Below, one piece after another: positions 1 through 9,334 of a stretch of 64,000 bases of DNA. This DNA comes from Candidatus Kapaibacterium sp. (GTDB taxonomy: Bacteria; Bacteroidota; Ignavibacteria; Kapaibacteriales; UBA2268). Each line of letters opens with the position of its first letter. Positions within the stretch are counted from its first letter, which is position 1. The translations under genes and the position numbers were made by a program. Under the pieces are notes generated by a model, which saw only the letters and a program-made list of their open reading frames with translations, had not been told where the DNA came from and did no database searches. The stretch is taken from positions 118,374-182,373 of the forward strand of contig DAOMQA010000001.1 of assembly GCA_035445085.1 (NCBI GenBank). The letters run 5' to 3'.

Positions 1-1
1 A

Positions 2-961
2 ATGGAGTGTATTGAGAATTACCATAATTTAAAAGGATTAGTTGAGCACGCTGTTGGATTTTCAAAAAATTCCCCAATTTATGCTAAATCCCGTGAAGCT
101 TTAATAAAAGTTCAAAATGAAATAAAAGGTAAAAAACTTAAAAGAGACCAAAGAGAAGAATTATTTCAATCAATTAGAACAGCTTTCGAAGCAGTTAATT
201 CTAAACAAGATGAAGAAAGAAATAGTTTTGATGGCGAAACAAGTGATAATTTCAATAAATTAAAGAAAATTGTAGATGAAGCTATTGCTTTTGCCCAAAA
301 TACAGAAGAATTTTCTGTTGCGAGAGAACAACTTATTAATGCTCAAAGTGCTATAAAAGGTGTAAAACTCAAAAGAGAGCAACGCGATGATTTATACGCT
401 CAAATCAGAACAGTATTTGATGAACTTAATTCTAAACAGTCCGTAGATAGAACTGAATATGAATCCGAATGCAATGAAAATTACGCAAAGCTTACTCAAA
501 AAGTTGATGATTGTTTTGCTTTAGTATTAGGTGTTACTGATTTCAAGTTAATTAGAGAATCTATGATAACAGTTCAAAGTGAAGTCAAAATTGCCAAATT
601 AAAGAAAGAACAACGATCTGAATTATTCTCAAGAATTAGAGAAGCTTTTAGCCAATTTGACAAAAAGAAAGATGAGTTCTTTTCCAAAAGAAGAGAAGAA
701 CGTAAATCTAAATTAGGCGAAATAAAAGATAATTTAGTAGAAAAATTAAATAGATTTCAAGAATTATTAAATAAAGATATAGAGCAATTAGAAGTATTTA
801 AAAAGAAAATAGAGGAAGCAAACGACAACGAAGTTTTAGTTAATGATTTGAACAATAGAATTACTGCTATGAATGCCAGAATAAACGACAAAAATAAAAA
901 TATAGAAGATACCAATGCAAGAATTCAAGATATAGATAAAGAAATAGCAGAAAATCAATAG
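2..961 (+). CDS. coiled-coil repeat protein (DUF349-like ~70-aa helical repeats x4); N-terminus probably lies upstream of the window
   Basis: Four repeats of the pattern S(R/K)EALIKVQ.EIKG.KLKREQR.ELF..IR.AF...NSKQ. Charged, helical, no transmembrane segment. Confidence 0.4.
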   Translation: MECIENYHNLKGLVEHAVGFSKNSPIYAKSREALIKVQNEIKGKKLKRDQREELFQSIRTAFEAVNSKQDEERNSFDGETSDNFNKLKKIVDEAIAFAQNTEEFSVAREQLINAQSAIKGVKLKREQRDDLYAQIRTVFDELNSKQSVDRTEYESECNENYAKLTQKVDDCFALVLGVTDFKLIRESMITVQSEVKIAKLKKEQRSELFSRIREAFSQFDKKKDEFFSKRREERKSKLGEIKDNLVEKLNRFQELLNKDIEQLEVFKKKIEEANDNEVLVNDLNNRITAMNARINDKNKNIEDTNARIQDIDKEIAENQ

Positions 962-986
962 TTTTTTTAAATAATAAAAGTAATTT

Positions 987-1024
987 AGGGTTGTCTATGT
1001 AATTTTATGTAGCAACCCTTTTTT
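987..1024 (+). terminator. putative rho-independent terminator
   Basis: AGGGTTG...CAACCCT stem followed by a TTTTTT run, immediately before the coaD ATG. Confidence 0.4.
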
Positions 1025-1510
1025 ATGGAAAAAATAGCAATATATCCCGGTACATTCGACCCAATAACATTAGGTCATATCGACGTAATAGAAAGAGCAT
1101 CAAAGATATTTGATAAGATAGTAGTAGTCATAGCACGTAACTCAAAGAAAATAACACTATTTGATGAAAATGAACGCTTTGATATGGTATCAAATTCTAT
1201 TAGCCATCTATTAAATGTTCATACTTTATTGCATACAAAATTAACTGTAGAATCTGCTATTGAGTCTAATGCTATCGCAATAATTAGAGGTGTGCGAGCC
1301 GTGTCTGATTTTGAATTTGAGTTTCAACTCGCACTTATGAACAGAAAGTTAGCACCCGATATCCATACAATTTTGATGATGCCACATGAAAAATATACCT
1401 ATTTAAATTCCTCTATAGTTAGAGAATTAGCACGTTATGGGCAAGATATTTCTGAGTTTGTCCCTAAATATGTGGCGCAGAAATTGATAGCTAAATTTAA
1501 TGAAATATAA
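1025..1510 (+). CDS. coaD: phosphopantetheine adenylyltransferase
   Basis: N-terminal IAIYPGTFDPITLGHIDVIERA (the T/HxGH nucleotidyltransferase motif). Size is 161 aa. Confidence 0.9.
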   Translation: MEKIAIYPGTFDPITLGHIDVIERASKIFDKIVVVIARNSKKITLFDENERFDMVSNSISHLLNVHTLLHTKLTVESAIESNAIAIIRGVRAVSDFEFEFQLALMNRKLAPDIHTILMMPHEKYTYLNSSIVRELARYGQDISEFVPKYVAQKLIAKFNEI

Positions 1511-1526
1511 AAAGTGAACTTAAAAT

Positions 1527-2531
1527 ATGAATGCAGTAAAATTAGCACTTGTAGGAGTAGGAGAAGTAGCACAAAATTTCCACCTACCTATATACTCAAA
1601 ACTAAACAACGTATCATTAGAAGGTGTTTATGATAAAATTACATCTAAAGCGAGAGCTATCGCTGACAAGTATGAAATAAGAAATGTTTATTCAAGTTTT
1701 GAAGACTTATTGAAAAATGAAGAAATATCAACTATTGATATATGCACTAGCACCGATAAACATTTTGAATATGCAATACAAGCAATTGAAAATAATAAAA
1801 ATGTCATTATTGAGAAGCCAATCGCAAAGAACTATCAAGAAGCAAAATTGATACTAGAAGCATCAGAAAAGTATGGTACCAAAGTTATGGTTGCGAGTAA
1901 CCATAGATTTAGATATGATGCTATGGTATTGAAAAATTTTGTTCAGACTGGTGAATTAGGAGATATTTATTATATTAGAGGAACGTGGAACCAGCATAGA
2001 TACGGCAATGAGTGGCGTCAGCAAAAGGAAACCTCTGGTGGTGGTGTTTTAATGGACTTAGGTGTATCGTTAATCGATTCGCTACTGTGGATAAGTAACT
2101 TCCCACAAGTAATTTCAGCAAGTGCATCTATGTTCAAGCAAAATACAAGCGAAGTAGAGGATATTTGTATAGCCAACATTAAGTTTGACAATGGCATGAT
2201 GGTGAACTTAGAAATTAGTTGGTCCTTATTAAGCGTTCATAATACATTCGGCTTTGATATATATGGTAGTAATGGCGTTGCTAAAATTAATCCTTTACAA
2301 TTGTTCAAAAATGATGGTAATATTTTAACACCGATTACATCAATTGATACTCTTTCCAATATTGCAACACATAAGAAGTCGTTTGAAAGTCAGTTAAAAC
2401 ATTTCATCAATGGTATTTTAGGATTGCATCCTATTATTTCGTCTCCATATGAGGCAATACAAACAATGAAGATAATAGATATGCTATACCGTTCGGCAAG
2501 CGAAAATAAGCCAATCTTGAGCAATGAATAA
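1527..2531 (+). CDS. Gfo/Idh/MocA family oxidoreductase
   Basis: N-terminal Rossmann motif LALVGVGEVAQNFHLP, EKP motif and overall family architecture. Confidence 0.75.
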   Translation: MNAVKLALVGVGEVAQNFHLPIYSKLNNVSLEGVYDKITSKARAIADKYEIRNVYSSFEDLLKNEEISTIDICTSTDKHFEYAIQAIENNKNVIIEKPIAKNYQEAKLILEASEKYGTKVMVASNHRFRYDAMVLKNFVQTGELGDIYYIRGTWNQHRYGNEWRQQKETSGGGVLMDLGVSLIDSLLWISNFPQVISASASMFKQNTSEVEDICIANIKFDNGMMVNLEISWSLLSVHNTFGFDIYGSNGVAKINPLQLFKNDGNILTPITSIDTLSNIATHKKSFESQLKHFINGILGLHPIISSPYEAIQTMKIIDMLYRSASENKPILSNE

Positions 2532-2647
2532 TTGTTAAAAATAGCACTATTCCCATTGAGGGATATATTAAACTTAATGATTTCTCAAGTAATAAAATAT
2601 ATACCTTGAGTAGTTTTGAACAAAGCATAATTTAAATATAGGGCGAC

Positions 2648-3943
2648 TTGATAACTAAGCATAAAATAGTAAATGGCGATAGCCGGCTGATGTCCGAAGT
2701 GTCCGACAATTCAGTTCATTTGGCTATTACTTCTCCACCCTATTGGCAGTTGAAGGACTATGGAAACGACCATCAAATTGGCTTCCACGATAGTTATGAA
2801 AATTATATCAACAACCTGAATTTGGTTTGGAAAGAGTGTTACCGTACTCTACATAACGGTTGTAGGCTGTGCGTAAACATTGGCGACCAATTTGCACGTG
2901 CGGTTTATTATGGTCGCTATAAAGTTATTCCTATACGTGAGGAAATAATTAAGTTCTGTGAGAACATTGGCTTTGACTATATGGGCGCTACCATTTGGCA
3001 AAAAATTACCACCTCTAATACTACAGGGGGAGGTGTTCAAATGGGTTCGTATCCATATCCAAGAAATGGGATTTTGAAATTGGACTATGAATTTATTCTT
3101 GTTTTCAAAAAATTAGGTAACGCACCAAAACCCACAAGAGAACAGAAAGAACTTTCAAAAATGACCGCAGAAGAATGGAATACATTTTTTGCAGGTCATT
3201 GGAATTTTGCGGGTGCAAGGCAGAGCGGGCATATTGCAATGTTTCCCGAAGAATTACCGAGGCGTTTAATTAAAATGTTTTCTTTTGTGGGGGAAACAGT
3301 CCTCGACCCATTCGCTGGAAGCGGAACAACTGCGCTAGCTGCACGTAACTTGGACCGCAATTCGATTGGGTATGAAATCAACCCGGAATTTATCCCACTT
3401 ATTAAAATGAAATTGGAAGTTCAGCAAAAAGATTTGAATGGAACAAGCTATGAGTTTGTAGAACAAAAGCCCATCAAAACTGACTTTGATAAAAAAATCA
3501 AGGAGCAACCTTATATATTTAAAGACCCCCATACACTTAACAAAAAAATTGACGTAAAGAAGTTGCAATTTGGCTCTAAGATTGACAAAGATAGCCCAAG
3601 TGAGCGGGAAGAATTGTTTACTGTTAAAGAAGTGATTAGTGTTGGGAAAATTCGTTTAAGCAATGATTTAATTATAAAACTTATTGGTATAAAAGAAGAC
3701 CCCGTTGCCAATAGCAGAGCAATAAAATTTATCATTGATAAAACGAAGGGGAAACGGGTTTTCATGAAATATGACAAGGTCAAACATGATAGCGAAAATA
3801 ATTTACTATGCTATCTTTATCTAGCAAACAAAACATTTATCAATGCTCATCTAATTAAAAATGGTTTGGCACAGGTAGACAGCGATACGGATTTTAAATA
3901 CAAGGAGAAATTTCTAAACTTTTTGCAGGAACACAATGGATAA
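2648..3943 (+). CDS. beta-class DNA amino-methyltransferase (N4-cytosine or N6-adenine) with C-terminal SNase-like domain
   Basis: Motif IV SPPY (aa ~29) precedes motif I DPFAGSGTT (aa ~222), which is the beta-class order. The C-terminal ~150 aa resemble the thermonuclease fold (…NLLCYLYLANKTFINAHLIKNGLAQVD). The start is TTG at 2648; an alternative ATG lies at 2690. GC content is higher than the surrounding genome. Confidence 0.8.
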   Translation: MITKHKIVNGDSRLMSEVSDNSVHLAITSPPYWQLKDYGNDHQIGFHDSYENYINNLNLVWKECYRTLHNGCRLCVNIGDQFARAVYYGRYKVIPIREEIIKFCENIGFDYMGATIWQKITTSNTTGGGVQMGSYPYPRNGILKLDYEFILVFKKLGNAPKPTREQKELSKMTAEEWNTFFAGHWNFAGARQSGHIAMFPEELPRRLIKMFSFVGETVLDPFAGSGTTALAARNLDRNSIGYEINPEFIPLIKMKLEVQQKDLNGTSYEFVEQKPIKTDFDKKIKEQPYIFKDPHTLNKKIDVKKLQFGSKIDKDSPSEREELFTVKEVISVGKIRLSNDLIIKLIGIKEDPVANSRAIKFIIDKTKGKRVFMKYDKVKHDSENNLLCYLYLANKTFINAHLIKNGLAQVDSDTDFKYKEKFLNFLQEHNG

Positions 3944-4640
3944 AGATTATATATCAAGCTCAGACGGCTACAATCTAAAATTTAAGCGGGAAACACTTTT
4001 AAATTACGGGATGAATCGTTGGGGATTAAATAAAGCTTATAGTGTTGGCGCAACTTCCGAGTTAATTAGAGCTTGCGCACCTACAACATATGATGAATGG
4101 GAGCAGTTTTATTTTACGCAGGCAAAGCAGAAGAAAAAAGATGGGCTTCAGATTACAAGGGAATATATTACAAATCTTGGGCAAACGCTTTACGTCAAGC
4201 TTTCGGAAGTTGTTCAATATGAACTTGAACAAATAACAGATGAAGAATGTATTGACTACGCTTACAACTTAGTTTTAAATCGGACCTATGAAGGTTACCG
4301 CACAGAAATTGAGACTATTTATGGACAACTTGAAGATGCTATTGGTTATAAAATCGAGCCTGCACCTGATAATTGGGACAGAACATACAGTGTTGATTTT
4401 TTTGTAAAAATCAACACCAAAAGCATTGGTATCCAGATAAAGCCAATTACATCAGGACAGTCACTTAACCACTACCAATGGGCTGAAATACACCGTAAAA
4501 ATCACGAAAATTTTGAAAAAGAATTTGGCGGTAAAGTGTTTTTCGTATTTTCTAACAAGAGTTCAAGCGGGAACAAGAAAATCTACAACATAGAAGTAAT
4601 TGAGCAAATTCGAAATGAAGTACAACGATTGTTGCAATAG
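3936..4640 (+). CDS. putative Type II restriction endonuclease (partner of the upstream methyltransferase)
   Basis: The ATG overlaps the methyltransferase stop by 8 nt (translational coupling). PD-(D/E)XK-like motif SVDFF...IGIQIKP. Same elevated GC as the methyltransferase gene. No recognisable family. Confidence 0.45.
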   Translation: MDKDYISSSDGYNLKFKRETLLNYGMNRWGLNKAYSVGATSELIRACAPTTYDEWEQFYFTQAKQKKKDGLQITREYITNLGQTLYVKLSEVVQYELEQITDEECIDYAYNLVLNRTYEGYRTEIETIYGQLEDAIGYKIEPAPDNWDRTYSVDFFVKINTKSIGIQIKPITSGQSLNHYQWAEIHRKNHENFEKEFGGKVFFVFSNKSSSGNKKIYNIEVIEQIRNEVQRLLQ

Positions 4641-4663
4641 TTCTCCAATCATTATATATAAAA

Positions 4664-5083
4664 CTAAGGGTATAGTTTTTTTAAATGAGTTATGGCAAGC
4701 TCTAACATAATTTTGAGAATATCTAAGTTAATGTCTTCGATTTTTTTAATATATAAACAAGATTTCCCCATTTTATATTTGCCAATTTGAGCTAAATATT
4801 CTTCAAATTTATCGAATCCAGACATCATATATATTGTAATATTTTGCTTCCTTGGCGCTATTCCTATATAGAACCAATCTCCTTCCCTACCAGACTCGTA
4901 TTTGTATGTATAATCACCAAAGCCTATTATCGATTCACCCCACATTTTAGGCTCGCACTTAGATACATCTTTCATTATATCAATCAATAAATTACAATCT
5001 TCTATTTTCTTACTGTCCCCTAAAGAATCAATGTATTGCGCTACATCACGATTAGTTTTTATAGTTTTATTATCAGCTTTCAT
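4664..5083 (-). CDS. DUF1801 (YdhG-like) domain protein
   Basis: 139-aa protein whose pattern (…DWFYIGIAPRKQNITIYMMSG…) is typical of the DUF1801 family. Confidence 0.55.
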   Translation of the reverse strand: MKADNKTIKTNRDVAQYIDSLGDSKKIEDCNLLIDIMKDVSKCEPKMWGESIIGFGDYTYKYESGREGDWFYIGIAPRKQNITIYMMSGFDKFEEYLAQIGKYKMGKSCLYIKKIEDINLDILKIMLELAITHLKKLYP

Positions 5084-5088
5084 TTGAC

Positions 5089-8000
5089 TTAGTCTATTTT
5101 AATAATTTTTTTGAAATAATACGAATCATTTATCATTAAGTGAATATAATACGTTCCATTTGGCAGACATTTTATATTAATCTTTTGATTATTGCTTTGT
5201 AATACCAATTTATTATCGATATTATATATTTTGCATTCAAAATTATTGATAACTGATTTTGAATGTACGCTAATGTAATCAGAGCTTGGATTTGGACTTA
5301 TTCTTATTTGCTCGTCTTCTACTATATTATTAATTCTTAATTTATATATTTGATTATTTTTAAATCCGTTAAAGCTTTCTGCCCCAAACACCACTTCCAA
5401 ATCGACAATATCTAAATCTTTTATAAATTGCCCATTCTTGTCATATAATTTAACTATAAAATTATCACCAATATTTAAATAATTGTTATAATTTGCAACT
5501 TCATCATTAGCAAATATTGTAATTGTAGACAATCCATTTACAATTCTACCAGAACCAACTAAATTATTTTGATTACCGAACACTGCAAGCTCATAATCAT
5601 TTAGCTCTGAATTTGTTTCTATTATTAATGTTGAATTATTTAGGTTATTTATTTCAACTTTACTTAAATTTTTTGGTATATAATCATTTATATCTTCAGT
5701 TGTAGACTTGGATACAAGATTGTCTGGATATGTTAGCGTATCTAAGGTGGTCAAATACACTTGATATGCCTTACCTTGTACCATATTACCTATAGAATTA
5801 ATACCATAGGCTGGAATATATGTTTTCCCTGATGAGTTTTTAGCAATCACTAATTTACCTTTATTAACAATGCTTGATAAAGCGGTAGCAATATTCATTG
5901 ATGAATTTCTTAAATAAGCCAGATATGACCAGCCAGCTTTAACAATAATAGCCTCATTTTCTGGCTTTATGCTCTCCCCTATTATTTTTAGTATACAAGT
6001 ATTTTTTGCGTATACTTGATAGCCCTGATGCAAATTCCAATTTCCTATTGTATTAATGCCATAAGCTGGAATATATGTTTTCCCTATAGAATTTTTAACA
6101 ATTGAAATATCGTCAGATATGTCCATAAATATACTATCAAGTTTTATACTTCTTGGTAGTACATTACTTGATATTAAATTCCAGCCTGCATTTAAGTTAA
6201 TTTGCAGAGTATCATAGTAAAATGGAAATTTTGATATTATCGATTGCGAACTATCTATAAATTTTGATGGTCCTGAAGAATATTTAACATTGACGATGCT
6301 TTCTATTCCAGATGTAGCTTTCCAAGTCTTAACAACATAATTCTCGTTATCTGCCATGCCGTCTTTTACAAGTGTAGAGCTATTATCTCCCCATATAGTA
6401 ATATGTAAATCACTATTATCCCAAACTCCATATCCAGCACAATATAAATTTGAGTTCCTATAATAAAATATACCTACTGCATCTCCAATTTCGATAGCTT
6501 GCATATTTATTGTAGGGTTAATGGCTTTTGGTAAAATTATTTCCGAACTTTTACCAGTATTAGTAATTGGTTTCCATTTATTATAAATTGGTTCGATACC
6601 AAAGAAAGCAAGATAAATATTATCATTCTGATTCCACCTTTCATTGAGATTAAAACCAGCAATAGTGATATTATATTGGAAATTACCAGTTAGTACAAAA
6701 TTATTATTCTTCAAGAATAGTAAATTCATAGGTGTTGAATTGAATGAGTTATTTTCTGCATATGAATTTATTATTGCACCATTCTTATCTAAAATTGTAA
6801 TTAAAGATGAGTTATTACCATTATTTGTATAAATTTTACCGTTAATATTTATTAGATTTTTAAAAGAAGATGTTAAATAAATATTATCATTTTTGAAATT
6901 GAGGGAATAAGGTATATCCGAAGATGTACCCCCAATATTCTTCTTCCATATCCAATTACCAGAATTAGTGATTTTACCTAAGAATATATCATTATCACCA
7001 TTATGCAAGATATAATCGCCTTCAACTTCCATCAGTGCTTTAAAATTGCCTGCTACATATATATTACCATTATTATCTAATGTAAGGCAATTCGCCGATT
7101 CTACATAATTACTAGTGCCAATAGATTTAGCCCATTGCCATACGCCAGAAGAATTAATTTTTGCAATATACATATCATCTCCTCCGTTAGAAGTGAGAGA
7201 TATTTCGGCAAAATTAACTATATCTTCGTAGCTACCAGCAATATACAAATCATTATTAGTATCAGCGATTATTTTTGCAACATTATCGGTAGAATTACCA
7301 CCCGCCTTTACAACCCAATTTTTCACTAAAGATAAATTTGAAGATAATACAAAAATATCGTCATATATTCCAGCATTGAAGTTTGTACCATCAAAGTTTA
7401 TTGAGTTACTAAATGTTCCTGTAATAGCTATATTATTTGCATATATAGCAAGAGAATTGCAATTATCATCAGCAATTCCGCCATAAGTTTTTATTAAACT
7501 CATATTTCCATTACTATCAAACTTAGCCACCAATATGTCTTTCATGCCAGCACTTGGGTAATTTTGATTTAATACATTGATAGTATCAGAATAATAACCA
7601 GCCACATAATAATTATTCGATGAGTCAATCACAACGGAACGAAATTCATCGTCAGCAATGCTACCAATAGATTTAGCCCACAAAAACCCATTTTCAAGGT
7701 TATACTTAGCAATAAAAGCATCTTTCTTACCGACACTTTGCAAGGTAGTATTAGCAAAAGCAACATTGCCATAATAATAACCGCATAGAATTATATCTTT
7801 ATTCTTATCAACGTCAGACGCCAGCAATTTTATTATACCTTTAAAGCCATAGTTAATTTTATAATTTGTGATACTGCCTAATGAATCGATACTAACAGTG
7901 AAAATATCTGAATCACCCTTAGAGGCTATTGTATCGTTCTTTAAAATTATTTTCTCATTAAATGCTCCTACCAGAACTACATTGCTATCAATATTTGTAG

Positions 8001-9273
8001 TAATAGCAAAGGCATCTATATTGGCATTTCCACGAATTGACTTAAGATATTGAAAATTTCCATTCTTATCAATTTTAGCATAAAAGGCATTCCTCAAATT
8101 CCAAGAACGAACTGTATCAATACCATTGCTAATACTTTGTTCAAAGCCACCACTTAAATGTAAAGCATTATTAAAATAGCTAATAGAATAAATTAGTTCA
8201 TCATTAGGTCCTTTTAGTGTTTTAGCCCATTTCCAATTACCATTACTATCTAATTTTGCAATCCAAATATCTCTATTTGTTGGAATAGCTAAATTTGTAG
8301 TGTCAATTTTAAAAGTTTTAGAATAAAAACCCGCAACAAAAATATCATTATTATCATCAACAACAGAGGTGCTTATTTCATCGCTATTAGAACTCCCTGT
8401 TCGTTTAGCCCATATCCAATTACCGTTGGTGTCAATCTTTGCTACATAAGGGTCTCTACTCCCAGCTGACGTAAGGCTAATTAAGCCGAAAGTAGCCGTA
8501 GAACTAAAATATCCAGTTATTATTAGCTTCTGTTTATTTGCATCAAAATTTATATTATATGAGTCGTCCGTGGAAGAGCTTCCTGCGGATTTAGCCCATT
8601 TCCAATTTCCATTCTTATCTATTTTTGCTACAAAAATATCTTTTGAGCCTTGTGAAGTTAAAGTAGTATTGGCAAATGTTATTGAGGATTCATAATTCCC
8701 ACTTATATAGCAATAATTATTGTCAGCAGTAATAGAATTAGCACGATCGAAGCCATCTCCATCTGCATTTTTTACCCACAGCCAATTGCCATTGCTATCA
8801 AGTTTAGCTACAAATATATCAGAATTACCAAAAGATGTAATTTGGTAGTTGCCAAAATATGCTTTAGCAAAGAAATAACCCGTCAGGAACACTTCACCAT
8901 TTTGGTTTATTGCTATATCTTTTCCATAATCTGATAATTGACTACCAGCAGATTTTGCCCATTTATATTGCCCTTCTTTATTGAGTTTAGCTACAAATAT
9001 ATCTCTGCCCCCGTTACTTACTAATGTATCGTTGCCAAATACAATAATTCCTTCAAAATAGCCAGTGTGATAAATATTTCCTTGCATATCAGATTTTACT
9101 GATATTGATTGATCGTAAGTTGAATATCCAGAGCCATCATTCAAAAGATTGGGTTTATCTAATTTAAACCAATTTTGAGAAATAACTTTACTATTTGGCA
9201 ATAATAGTAGAGCAAATAAAATAATATATAATTTCACTTTAAGATATTCTACAAATCCACTTGAATTCTTCAT
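5089..9273 (-). CDS. giant secreted beta-propeller (SBBP) repeat protein with T9SS C-terminal sorting domain
   Basis: Signal peptide. About 20 repeats of the motif GxxxD.(I/A)FVAK(L/I)D.NGNW.WAK. C-terminal PNPSSDYISV...GTYYIHLM is a type-A T9SS C-terminal domain. Confidence 0.7.
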   Translation of the reverse strand: MKNSSGFVEYLKVKLYIILFALLLLPNSKVISQNWFKLDKPNLLNDGSGYSTYDQSISVKSDMQGNIYHTGYFEGIIVFGNDTLVSNGGRDIFVAKLNKEGQYKWAKSAGSQLSDYGKDIAINQNGEVFLTGYFFAKAYFGNYQITSFGNSDIFVAKLDSNGNWLWVKNADGDGFDRANSITADNNYCYISGNYESSITFANTTLTSQGSKDIFVAKIDKNGNWKWAKSAGSSSTDDSYNINFDANKQKLIITGYFSSTATFGLISLTSAGSRDPYVAKIDTNGNWIWAKRTGSSNSDEISTSVVDDNNDIFVAGFYSKTFKIDTTNLAIPTNRDIWIAKLDSNGNWKWAKTLKGPNDELIYSISYFNNALHLSGGFEQSISNGIDTVRSWNLRNAFYAKIDKNGNFQYLKSIRGNANIDAFAITTNIDSNVVLVGAFNEKIILKNDTIASKGDSDIFTVSIDSLGSITNYKINYGFKGIIKLLASDVDKNKDIILCGYYYGNVAFANTTLQSVGKKDAFIAKYNLENGFLWAKSIGSIADDEFRSVVIDSSNNYYVAGYYSDTINVLNQNYPSAGMKDILVAKFDSNGNMSLIKTYGGIADDNCNSLAIYANNIAITGTFSNSINFDGTNFNAGIYDDIFVLSSNLSLVKNWVVKAGGNSTDNVAKIIADTNNDLYIAGSYEDIVNFAEISLTSNGGDDMYIAKINSSGVWQWAKSIGTSNYVESANCLTLDNNGNIYVAGNFKALMEVEGDYILHNGDNDIFLGKITNSGNWIWKKNIGGTSSDIPYSLNFKNDNIYLTSSFKNLININGKIYTNNGNNSSLITILDKNGAIINSYAENNSFNSTPMNLLFLKNNNFVLTGNFQYNITIAGFNLNERWNQNDNIYLAFFGIEPIYNKWKPITNTGKSSEIILPKAINPTINMQAIEIGDAVGIFYYRNSNLYCAGYGVWDNSDLHITIWGDNSSTLVKDGMADNENYVVKTWKATSGIESIVNVKYSSGPSKFIDSSQSIISKFPFYYDTLQINLNAGWNLISSNVLPRSIKLDSIFMDISDDISIVKNSIGKTYIPAYGINTIGNWNLHQGYQVYAKNTCILKIIGESIKPENEAIIVKAGWSYLAYLRNSSMNIATALSSIVNKGKLVIAKNSSGKTYIPAYGINSIGNMVQGKAYQVYLTTLDTLTYPDNLVSKSTTEDINDYIPKNLSKVEINNLNNSTLIIETNSELNDYELAVFGNQNNLVGSGRIVNGLSTITIFANDEVANYNNYLNIGDNFIVKLYDKNGQFIKDLDIVDLEVVFGAESFNGFKNNQIYKLRINNIVEDEQIRISPNPSSDYISVHSKSVINNFECKIYNIDNKLVLQSNNQKINIKCLPNGTYYIHLMINDSYYFKKIIKID

Positions 9274-9334
9274 TTTTAAATATTTACCAAATTTAACTAA
9301 TCAATAATATGAAATCGCTCAAAAAATATGCCAC

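Noticed and set aside
2434-3783. Small minus-strand ORFs overlapping the oxidoreductase and methyltransferase genes (2434..2628, 2849..3040, 3196..3381, 3335..3568, 3511..3783)
   Set aside because: Fully nested antisense to well-supported genes, with hydrophobic low-complexity translations typical of antisense frames in AT-rich DNA.
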